From NCBI GenBank assembly GCA_022564935.1, contig JADFKM010000002.1:2285-66284 (forward strand): a stretch of 64,000 bases of DNA, written 5' to 3'. This document shows, one piece after another, positions 1 to 8,011 of this stretch (positions within the stretch are counted from its first letter, which is position 1; the number at the start of each line of letters is the position of its first letter). The position numbers and the translations under genes were made by a program. The stretch is from Candidatus Dadabacteria bacterium. GTDB taxonomy: Bacteria > Desulfobacterota_D > UBA1144 > Nemesobacterales > JADFKM01. The notes under the pieces were generated by a model. That model was given only the letters and a program-made list of their open reading frames with translations, searched no databases and was not told the origin of the DNA.

Positions 1-2
1 AT

Positions 3-656
3 GAAGGTAAGACAATACACACAACGCTCCTGTCACTCAATAAAATCATATCCCACGGGGATGAGATAATCGTAGTCGACGGACAGAGCGAGGACGAAAC
101 CAGGGAAGTTGTAGCCTCTTATCGGAATGTAAAACTAATCGTCTCTCAACAGGGCAGAGCTCGGCAGATGAACGAAGGAGCGAGGCTCGCAAAAGGTAAA
201 TACATCTTATTCCTGCACGCCGACACGGAGTTGAGCCATGAAGGGATCGGCCTGCTCAAAAGGACGATCAGCTCAAGCGACGTCCCCTGGGGCTGGTTTA
301 AGCTGGAGCTGGACTCAAAGAAGCTAAAATACAAATTGCTCACAATGGCGTCGATGCTGAGAGCTAGAATGACAAAAACTCCACTTGGCGACCACGGAAT
401 TTTCGTAAAAACCGAAATATTTCATAAAATAGGGGGGTTCCCGGAAATCCCGATCATGGAGGACCTTGAATTCGCACGCAAGATAAAGGGGATTTCAGGC
501 GGGGTCGAGATTAAGGCGCCCATTAAAGTCAGCGTTAGGCGGTTTGAGAAGAATGGAATCTTAACAACGCTTCTCCAAATGTGGGTTCTTAGAACGCTTT
601 ACTATTTTGGAATGTCCGCTTCAACACTGGCAAAATATTACGACAACGCCAGATAG
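3..656 (+). CDS. Glycosyltransferase family 2, 5'-truncated by the window edge
   Basis: Frame 3 is open from nt 3 (DEIIVVDGQSEDETREV...GRARQMNEGARLAKGKYILFLHADTEL...GDHGIFVKTEIFHKIGGFPEIPIMEDLEF...VRRFEKNG). These are GT-A/GT2-type motifs. From memory the pattern resembles the TIGR04283-type GT2 subfamily. Confidence 0.75.
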   Translation, partial: EGKTIHTTLLSLNKIISHGDEIIVVDGQSEDETREVVASYRNVKLIVSQQGRARQMNEGARLAKGKYILFLHADTELSHEGIGLLKRTISSSDVPWGWFKLELDSKKLKYKLLTMASMLRARMTKTPLGDHGIFVKTEIFHKIGGFPEIPIMEDLEFARKIKGISGGVEIKAPIKVSVRRFEKNGILTTLLQMWVLRTLYYFGMSASTLAKYYDNAR

Positions 657-664
657 ATGAAACA

Positions 665-904
665 TCAATCCGAAAGCCTCGTTTTCAAGAATTCCTTTAA
701 CCGCCTTCTAATCTCCGGTGTGACAAAGGTCTTTTCCTTCAATTTCCCCGAAATTTGAAGCATCTTTTTGTAGGTATCAACAAAAGCCTGACACTCCGGA
801 CAATCGCCCATATGATTTTCAAGAGCAACCAATGTCTCCCTGTCAAGCTCCATATCTATGTATTCGATAATGTTGTCTACTATATCTTTGCAAATAACTT
901 CCAT
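665..904 (-). CDS. Small cytoplasmic ZAS (zf-HC2) protein, RsrA-like putative anti-sigma factor
   Basis: MEVICKD...LENHMGDCPECQAF gives C5-x25-H31-x3-C35-x2-C38, the full ZAS zinc tetrad spacing. There is no TM segment. Start chosen at ATG 904, which has GGAG upstream; the track ORF extends to a GTG at 952. Confidence 0.6.
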   Translation of the reverse strand: MEVICKDIVDNIIEYIDMELDRETLVALENHMGDCPECQAFVDTYKKMLQISGKLKEKTFVTPEIRRRLKEFLKTRLSD

Positions 905-1204
905 GCTTGATTTTACTCCGATTACCTCGCCGGCTGCCCAGTTAATGCGCACTTAATACCTCATAAGTTAAATCCCAAGAGCATTAAAACCAAAAACTTT
1001 TACTCAGCGAATCGGTGAATTCCTCTGCAGCGACTATTAGAAGCGCTATATATATTAGAGCCTATTATTCCATAAAAGATTCAATCACCATCCCCATCTA
1101 TATGCAGGAGTTCTGAGCCGGCAACCAAACCGCAGCGCAGCGCGCGCGCAGGCTCACCGCCGATAATTACACCCTGAACACTCATTGAACAAAATGAGCT
1201 GGAG

Positions 1205-1235
1205 TGCAATTAATTGCAGTGTATTCAAACACTGC
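1205..1235. repeat. Perfect 14-bp palindrome TGCAATTAATTGCA (1205-1218) overlapping an inverted repeat GCAGTGT-N6-ACACTGC (1216-1235); function unknown
   Basis: Read directly from the sequence. It lies in the 0.5-kb divergent spacer between the ZAS gene and the AAA+ gene. A further 6-bp-stem hairpin, CTCATT-GAACAA-AATGAG, lies at 1181-1198. Confidence 0.8.
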
Positions 1236-1463
1236 TCTCAAAAACATCTTTTATTACCCTCATAAAGTTAGTATAATAATTAATAATCCAGTGTATTTAA
1301 TAGGGAGTTAGGATATAGTCCTATACCTGATTTGCAATGATTCTCATTTTGAGATATTCCTGTATCGTCTATCCGTACAAGAATGTCAAAGCACACAACC
1401 CGTTTTAAAGAGTTTATCCGCGCTGAAAAATCCAACCTATTCTAGAGCTATAATTTAATTGTT

Positions 1464-2861
1464 ATGAAACACAAACCGAGAACCATAGGTGAATTAAGGG
1501 CGAGCGAATACAGGGTTTTATCCGTAAAGGATGAGATGCGAAAAAATCTGATCCACCGAATGCAAAGCGGTCAGGAGCTTTTCCCGGAAATAATCGGATA
1601 CGACGACACCGTGCTGCCCCAGATTGAAACCTCAATCCTAGCGGGCCACGATATGATATTTCTAGGAGAAAGGGGACAAGCCAAAACCAGAATCATTAGG
1701 GCTCTTACCAACCTCCTTGACCTCGAAGTGCCCCAGATTAAGGGAAGCGAGATTATGGACAACCCCTATAGCCCCGTATCCAAATTCGGCAAGGACATCG
1801 TCGCCGAGTATGGTGACGAAACTGAAATCACTTGGGTGCCCAGGGACATAAGATATGGCGAAAAACTTGCCACCCCGGACGTTTCAATAGCCGATTTGAT
1901 TGGCGAGGTCGATCCCATCAAGGTAGCAGAAGGAAGGTATCTTTCGGACGAGCTCACAATACACTTCGGACTTATTCCACGCTGCAACAGAGGCATTTTC
2001 GCTATCAACGAGCTGCCCGACCTTGCCGAAAAGGTTCAAGTCGGCCTTTTTAACATAATGGAAGAAAAAGACATACAGATTAAGGGCTATAAAATAAGGC
2101 TTGCTCTCGACATTTGCATTGTTTCCACAGCCAACCCGGAGGACTACACAAACAGGGGCCGTATCATTACCCCCCTTAAAGACAGGTTCCAGGCTCACAT
2201 AAGAACCCACTACCCTCTAACGAGGGAAATCGAAACTATGATAATGCTCCAGGAATCCAGGGAGCCGGAGCGGGATGGCTACTCTATAACCGTGCCGAAA
2301 TTTATAAACGAGATACTGGCCGAAATCACATTTCAAGCCAGGGAATCAAATGAAATCAACCAGCTCTCAGGGGTAAGCGTCAGGACTTCGATTGCCAACT
2401 ACGAAAGTCTCATAGCAACGGCTGAGAAGAGGGGAATCAAGATGGGAGAGAGAGAAGTGTGCCCCAGGATAACCGATTTCCCCTCGGTCATCTCGTCCAC
2501 CATGGGCAAAATAGAGCTTGAGTACATGGGCGACGATATGACGGAGAGAGGAGTAGTAGAAAACGTCGTAAAAAAGGCGATAAAAACGGTGTTCGACTCT
2601 TATTTCCCAACGCTTGAGGTCTTATCAGACGTCGTTGCAAACTTCGAAAACGGATACGTAGAAGTCTCAGACACCATGTCTTCGAAAGATTATCTTGCCG
2701 GAGTAAAGGAAATTAAAGGGCTAGGCAAATGTATTGACTCACTAAACATTAAACGAACCCCCGCTCAAATAGCCTCTGCGGTTGAGTTCATTCTCGAGGG
2801 GCTCCATCTCAGCAATAAACTCAACAAAGAAAAGATTAAGGGCAAGATCGTTTTTAAATGA
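1464..2861 (+). CDS. ChlI/BchI-like AAA+ ATPase (magnesium-chelatase subunit I family, stand-alone)
   Basis: 465 aa. P-loop-like FLGERGQAKTR and Walker-B-like GIFAINELPDL. IVSTANPEDYTNRGRIITPLKDRF resembles the ChlI/MoxR sensor region. No Shine-Dalgarno sequence is seen; a TATAAT at 1449-1454 sits only 9 nt before the ATG. Confidence 0.75.
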   Translation: MKHKPRTIGELRASEYRVLSVKDEMRKNLIHRMQSGQELFPEIIGYDDTVLPQIETSILAGHDMIFLGERGQAKTRIIRALTNLLDLEVPQIKGSEIMDNPYSPVSKFGKDIVAEYGDETEITWVPRDIRYGEKLATPDVSIADLIGEVDPIKVAEGRYLSDELTIHFGLIPRCNRGIFAINELPDLAEKVQVGLFNIMEEKDIQIKGYKIRLALDICIVSTANPEDYTNRGRIITPLKDRFQAHIRTHYPLTREIETMIMLQESREPERDGYSITVPKFINEILAEITFQARESNEINQLSGVSVRTSIANYESLIATAEKRGIKMGEREVCPRITDFPSVISSTMGKIELEYMGDDMTERGVVENVVKKAIKTVFDSYFPTLEVLSDVVANFENGYVEVSDTMSSKDYLAGVKEIKGLGKCIDSLNIKRTPAQIASAVEFILEGLHLSNKLNKEKIKGKIVFK

Positions 2862-2872
2862 GTGCCGGATAA

Positions 2873-4477
2873 ATGAGCAACAGGTACAGGTATCTATTGT
2901 GGGACGGAGCCCAACAGGAGTTCTCCCTTGAAGCCAGTGAGCTTTTCAGGGAGTTCTCCGACTTCCTAATGGAAGGATGGACCCCAGAAGAGGCACTCGA
3001 TTGGATCATCAAGCAGGGTGTAAATTTCCAAGACCTGCGGATTATGGGTCTCGATGAGCTTCGAAGCGAGATCTCAAAGCTGAGGGATTCGTTATATAAA
3101 ACCTACGATTTTAACTCGGCCCTTGATGAGATTAGAGAAGAGCTGGAAGAAATAAAGGACATGGAGCTTGACACCGTCAGCTTGCAGCTCCCCACCTCTT
3201 CAGACGATTACCAAAAAAGAGAGGACATTTTAAACAACCTTCCCGAGCAGCTAAGCTCTGCTATTGAAGCCCTGAGCGGCTACGATTTCATGAACGAAGA
3301 GGCCGCAGATCGGCTCCGGGAGCTACTCGATAAGATAGAGGACATTAAAAAATTAGAAAAGTTCCTCGCCCGGTTTAACAACAGAATCTCCGGTAATGAA
3401 AAAATCAGTTTCTACGAAGCCCTCGAGATAATACAAGACTTAGAAAGCCTGGATGAATTTGAACAGAATTTAATCTCCGGCAACTTCGAAGAAATCAGCC
3501 TCGAGACCCTAAAAAAACTGTTGGAAGAAGACGCCTATAACTCCTTTCTTCTGCTTCGGGATTTTAAATCCAAGCTCGAATCCTCGGGATACATCCGAAC
3601 CCAAAATAACTCTACAGACCTAACGCCAAAGGGGATCAGGAAGATTGGTGAGATAGCGCTGCGGGACGTTTTCTCCTCACTCATTAGGCACAGGTTCGGT
3701 AGTCACGAGACCGCTCAACGGGGCGTCGGCTCCCTTAAAATGGAAAAAACAAAAGCCTACGAGTTCGGAGACCCTTTCAATCTGAACGTGGTAAATACCC
3801 TCAGGAACTCCCTTCTCCGTGGCACTAAGGGGAAGCAAATTAACCTTTCCCCTGACGATTTCGAGGTATACGATTCTGAATTTCATACCCAGTCCACAAC
3901 CGCTTTGCTCCTGGACTTAAGCTGGTCTATGAGCTTCCAGGGAAGGTTTCCTGCTGCAAAGCGCGTGGCCCTTGCCCTCGACCACCTTATACGCTCGCGT
4001 CATCCAAAAGACAATTTCTACATCATAGGCTTTTCCACACGGGCTAAAACGCTCACCGCAAAGCAGCTCGCCCTCACAAGCTGGGACTCAAACGACCCGT
4101 TCACGAACATTCAGGAAGCATTACACCTTGCAACACGTCTCGTCTCGAAGCACAAATCCCCAAACAAGCAAATCATCCTCATCACCGACGGTCAGCCCAC
4201 CGCCTACTACGTAGACGGCTACCTTCAGGTAGAGCTCCCGATGTTCTTCGGAGGCCTGAGTCCCAGGGCGACATTCGAGACTCTTCGCGAGGTAAAGCGA
4301 TGCACGCGGCAGGGAATCAGAATAAACACCTTTATGCTTGACGACAGCCCGCCTCTTAGGAGGTTCGTGGACGAGATGACGCGCATCAATAAGGGAAGGG
4401 CATTCTTCACCTCGCCCAGTCAGCTGGGCAAGTACCTCCTTGTCGACTACTTCAGCAGAAGAAAGAAGATTATATGA
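2873..4477 (+). CDS. VWA-domain protein (acidic helical N-terminal half, C-terminal von Willebrand A domain with MIDAS)
   Basis: 534 aa. LLLDLSWSMS is a DxSxS MIDAS motif, with a downstream ILITDGQPT motif. The N-terminal ~330 aa are E/D/L-rich and helical. The gene begins 11 nt after the AAA+ gene. Confidence 0.8.
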   Translation: MSNRYRYLLWDGAQQEFSLEASELFREFSDFLMEGWTPEEALDWIIKQGVNFQDLRIMGLDELRSEISKLRDSLYKTYDFNSALDEIREELEEIKDMELDTVSLQLPTSSDDYQKREDILNNLPEQLSSAIEALSGYDFMNEEAADRLRELLDKIEDIKKLEKFLARFNNRISGNEKISFYEALEIIQDLESLDEFEQNLISGNFEEISLETLKKLLEEDAYNSFLLLRDFKSKLESSGYIRTQNNSTDLTPKGIRKIGEIALRDVFSSLIRHRFGSHETAQRGVGSLKMEKTKAYEFGDPFNLNVVNTLRNSLLRGTKGKQINLSPDDFEVYDSEFHTQSTTALLLDLSWSMSFQGRFPAAKRVALALDHLIRSRHPKDNFYIIGFSTRAKTLTAKQLALTSWDSNDPFTNIQEALHLATRLVSKHKSPNKQIILITDGQPTAYYVDGYLQVELPMFFGGLSPRATFETLREVKRCTRQGIRINTFMLDDSPPLRRFVDEMTRINKGRAFFTSPSQLGKYLLVDYFSRRKKII

Positions 4478-4599
4478 TTATCGCCCCTATCCCAGTATTG
4501 GAATTAAACCCGTCTTGACCCTACAAACTGCGTTATGATTCCCGGCTACCGTTCCCTCCGAACTTCCGTTTATACCCACCACGGTAAAGAATGAATCTC

Positions 4600-5514
4600 C
4601 TATTTCGCCACCTCGCATTCGACCTTCTTCGAAAGCTTAAAAACACTGTCATGTTGCACGGTGTATTTCTGCTTGGTATGGTTCCTCGAGCGTATCAACA
4701 CCTCGTCCGAGCCGCACACAAACGATATGATCCTCGACTCGGAGGGCTTCAGGCCGAGCCCCTCGGTCCTAATAGTACCAACGCTGACGAATATGGTGGA
4801 GCCGAGCTCCTCAATCCTACCTACGGTTCCCTTAAACCAATGGGGCACGTGTATGTGGCCGTTGAGCCACATATCGACCTTGTATTTTTTCAGCACTTTG
4901 GAGAAGCGCTCTGAGTCCCGGATCTGCCTCCGTTTTTGCACCGAAAGTATTATTCCGCTCCCTTCCAGAGGGGCATGGGTTACAACAACGATGATCTTGT
5001 CCTGGTTGCGCTCCACGAGTCCCTTCCACCACTCGAACGTGGAATCGGAGATAATAGTGGGAGAGCCCCTTTCCTCATCGGACATTAAGATGAAGAGGAT
5101 GTTCCCCTTAGTGAACTGGTAATAAAAATCCTTGTTTACAAGCTCTCGGTAAAGCTCGCCCATATCGGATTTCAAATCGTGGTTGCCCGCAATCTCATAC
5201 CACTCCTTGATGTATGAAGATTTCTTCGCCTCGACATACCACTCATAAACACGGGCTATAGTCCTGTTAACTATGTCTCCTGCTACGAGGGCGAAATCAA
5301 TGTCTTTAATGTTGGTATTTACGTCCTCTATGGCCCTTTCGAACTCTATCCTCTGGATGTCGTTTTTGGGCTGTATGTCGGAGAGCGCCCAGATTACGAT
5401 CGTGTTTTGAGGGTCTATCGAATAATTCGATATCTCCTCTGAGCTAAGAGGGCCGTGAAAACAGCCCGCAGCGCTAGAAATAACGAAAAGGATAAGGGAT
5501 AGGGTTTTCTTCAT
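4600..5514 (-). CDS. Calcineurin-like metallophosphoesterase, predicted lipoprotein
   Basis: Start taken at MKKTLSLILFVISSAAGC (signal peptide plus lipobox Cys). Metallophosphoesterase (MPE) motifs are VAGDIVNR, IAGNHDL, VVTHAPL and LNGHIHV. The longer track start would overlap mtaB. Confidence 0.75.
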   Translation of the reverse strand: MKKTLSLILFVISSAAGCFHGPLSSEEISNYSIDPQNTIVIWALSDIQPKNDIQRIEFERAIEDVNTNIKDIDFALVAGDIVNRTIARVYEWYVEAKKSSYIKEWYEIAGNHDLKSDMGELYRELVNKDFYYQFTKGNILFILMSDEERGSPTIISDSTFEWWKGLVERNQDKIIVVVTHAPLEGSGIILSVQKRRQIRDSERFSKVLKKYKVDMWLNGHIHVPHWFKGTVGRIEELGSTIFVSVGTIRTEGLGLKPSESRIISFVCGSDEVLIRSRNHTKQKYTVQHDSVFKLSKKVECEVAK

Positions 5515-5524
5515 ATTCGGTGAA

Positions 5525-6814
5525 CTAATGAGACAGCGGCACTCCGAGGGCTTCCTCCCCTCTGACATCCACGATACGAGCCTGTATCTGGTCCCCAGGC
5601 TTCGGGTCGCCTCCGACGACGCGGACGCTTATGTAGTTCGGCGTCGTTCCTTTTGAGCCCCTCTCGACAAGCACCGTCAACACCTCTCCGATAAAACCCC
5701 TGTAAAATGAAACTTTCTTCTCCCTGCCAAGCCCCCTCATAACTGCGCTTCTGCGCTTCGCCACACCGGTTTCTACCTTGCCCGGCATAGTATAAGCAGG
5801 GGTGTTTTTTCTCATGGAGTAAGGGAATACATGGAAATAAGTTAGGGCGGATTTTTCGAGCAATATATAGGAGTTTGAAAATTCTTCGTCCCCTTCGCCG
5901 GGAAAACCGACCATAACATCAGTTCCTATGGCCGCCTGTGGTATTTTCTCGCGTATTAAATCCGTATAATGCAAAAAGAGCTCCGGCTTATACCTCCTTC
6001 TCATTCTCCTAAGCACATCTGCGTCACCGCTTTGAAGCGCCATATGGAAACTGGGACATATAGTCTTCGAGTGGGCTACGAAGTCGATCAGCTCTTCACT
6101 CATATCGGCGGGGTCAAGAGAGCTCAGCCGTACCCTGGGTACTATTCGTGACTTCTCTATTTCCTCAAGGAGGCTCAACAGACTGCAGCCTATATCCCTC
6201 CCGTAGCTTGAGAGATGGATGCCGGTCAACACCACCTCTTTGTAACCCGCGTCCCTGAGCAGTTCCATCCGCCGTATCACCTCCAGAGTGGGAAGGCTCC
6301 TCGACCTCCCCCTGGCAAACGGGATTATACAAAAGGTGCACCTGTAATTGCAGCCGTCCTGAACCTTTAAAAACGCCCTTGTGCGCTCTGAAAACCCTTT
6401 AATTTCAGGCGATTCAAACTCCCTTGCGCGAAAAACATCGGAAACAATCACCTTAGGCTTCTGCTGCTTCGCCCCCTGCATAATCACCTCGGTAAGGAGT
6501 AATTTGTCCGCATTCCCCACAATGTAATCAACCCCTTCTACATCCTCAAGCTCATCGGGGGATACCTGCGCATAGCATCCGGTTACTATAACTACGCCGT
6601 CGGGGTTTGCTTTCCTGACCCTGTTTATATAATTCCTTGCCTCGGCGTCCGCCTTGTGTGTGACCGTGCAGGTGTTGATCACGTAACAATCAGCCCGCTC
6701 GGTGAAGGGAACCAGCACGAACTCTTCGGGCGGAAGCATACCCATCACCGCGTTGGTGTCATACTGGTTGACCTTGCATCCAAGGGTTACGAAAGAGACG
6801 CTCTTCACACTCAT
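5525..6814 (-). CDS. mtaB: Radical-SAM methylthiotransferase, MtaB-like (tRNA ms2t6A37)
   Basis: N-terminal MTTase domain VSFVTLGCKVNQYDTN, radical-SAM CNYRCTFCIIP, and a C-terminal TRAM-like segment. Its ATG overlaps the mnmA stop (ATGA). Confidence 0.7.
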   Translation of the reverse strand: MSVKSVSFVTLGCKVNQYDTNAVMGMLPPEEFVLVPFTERADCYVINTCTVTHKADAEARNYINRVRKANPDGVVIVTGCYAQVSPDELEDVEGVDYIVGNADKLLLTEVIMQGAKQQKPKVIVSDVFRAREFESPEIKGFSERTRAFLKVQDGCNYRCTFCIIPFARGRSRSLPTLEVIRRMELLRDAGYKEVVLTGIHLSSYGRDIGCSLLSLLEEIEKSRIVPRVRLSSLDPADMSEELIDFVAHSKTICPSFHMALQSGDADVLRRMRRRYKPELFLHYTDLIREKIPQAAIGTDVMVGFPGEGDEEFSNSYILLEKSALTYFHVFPYSMRKNTPAYTMPGKVETGVAKRRSAVMRGLGREKKVSFYRGFIGEVLTVLVERGSKGTTPNYISVRVVGGDPKPGDQIQARIVDVRGEEALGVPLSH

Positions 6815-7887
6815 TGAACCTCAGAAATCCACCCGCCGCCCAGCACCATATCGCCATCGTACAATACAACGGCCTGTCCGGGGGTCATAGCCCTTTGCCG
6901 CTTCTTAAACACGACGACCGCTTTGTTCCCGGGCTGAGTTTTCACAGTAGCCTCGCTTTCGGTATGCCTGTGCCTTATCCTCGCCTTCACCTCTCTGTGC
7001 CCTTTAAGGGGCTCCGTCGCCCAAACCATATCCTTCGCGAGCAGGGTGGTTCTGTAAAGCTCCTCTTCCCCGCCGACGTAGACCCTGTTTGTCTTCGGCT
7101 CTACCTTCACGACATACAGAGGCTTGTCGTTGCCTGAAATTCCAAGCCCCCTTCTCTGCCCCACAGTGAAGGAATAAACGCCCCCGTGGTATCCCAGCAC
7201 ATTACCGTCCATATCGACGATTTCCCCCTCTCCGCTCTCAACGTCGCTATATGTTTTTATAAAATCCCTGTAATCTCCGCCGCTCACAAAGCAGATATCC
7301 TGGCTGTCCGGTTTATCGGCCACATCAAGACCGAAGCTACAGGCCGCGGCCCTTACTTCTTCTTTGCTCATCATTCCGAGGGGAAACATTAAACGTGACA
7401 GCTCCCTTTGAGTGAGAGGAAAAAGGAAATACGACTGGTCCTTGGAACTGTCAGCCGCCTTAGTGAGATAGTACCTTCCGTCGGATTCGCTTTTTTTAAT
7501 CGAGGCGTAATGCCCGGTAGCTAAAAAGTCGGCCCCCAGCTCCATTGTGCGCTTGAGAAGAAAGTTGAATTTTACGAACTGGTTGCACAGTATGCACGGG
7601 TTGGGAGTGAGTCCTGCGGAGTATTTCTTTATAAAATCCTCGATGATGTATTTTTTAAAAACGCCCATGTAGTTCACCACGTAATGGGGGATGCCGATTC
7701 TCTCGGCAACTCTTCTTGCATCGCTCACATCTTCAAGGGTGCAGCATCCCGCAGTAGTATTGGCATAGTCCCAGAGCTGCATCGTCACTCCAATCACTTC
7801 GTGACCCTCGTTCTTGAGCAGCGCTGCGGTGGTGGAGCTGTCGACACCCCCGCTCATTGCAACTAATATCTTCTTTTTCTCTCCCAT
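6811..7887 (-). CDS. mnmA: tRNA 2-thiouridine(34) synthase MnmA
   Basis: MGEKKKILVAMSGGVDSS is a PP-loop; the CILCN and DSQDICF catalytic Cys motifs are present. Start set at ATG 7887. The first 134 aa of the track ORF have no MnmA character and run into the divergent rSAM gene. Confidence 0.9.
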   Translation of the reverse strand: MGEKKKILVAMSGGVDSSTTAALLKNEGHEVIGVTMQLWDYANTTAGCCTLEDVSDARRVAERIGIPHYVVNYMGVFKKYIIEDFIKKYSAGLTPNPCILCNQFVKFNFLLKRTMELGADFLATGHYASIKKSESDGRYYLTKAADSSKDQSYFLFPLTQRELSRLMFPLGMMSKEEVRAAACSFGLDVADKPDSQDICFVSGGDYRDFIKTYSDVESGEGEIVDMDGNVLGYHGGVYSFTVGQRRGLGISGNDKPLYVVKVEPKTNRVYVGGEEELYRTTLLAKDMVWATEPLKGHREVKARIRHRHTESEATVKTQPGNKAVVVFKKRQRAMTPGQAVVLYDGDMVLGGGWISEVQ

Positions 7888-8011
7888 TTCCGGGGAATAA
7901 GATACCTGAGAAACGACCTTATCCAAAATCTGTGTATGAGGCGTTTTAACGAAAGGCGCTTCTAAGATAAACCTTGCTTTACGTTCCTTTTGTTCTATAT
8001 AATAAGGATTT

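Noticed and set aside
1194-1265. 23-codon ORF MSWSAINCSVFKHCSQKHLLLPS spanning the palindromes (possible Cys-containing micropeptide)
   Set aside because: No Shine-Dalgarno sequence, it overlaps the inverted repeats that better explain the sequence, and there is no nearby modifying-enzyme context.
4591-5122. Plus-strand ORFs of 107 aa and 153 aa
   Set aside because: They are antisense to the well-supported metallophosphoesterase gene and carry no motifs.
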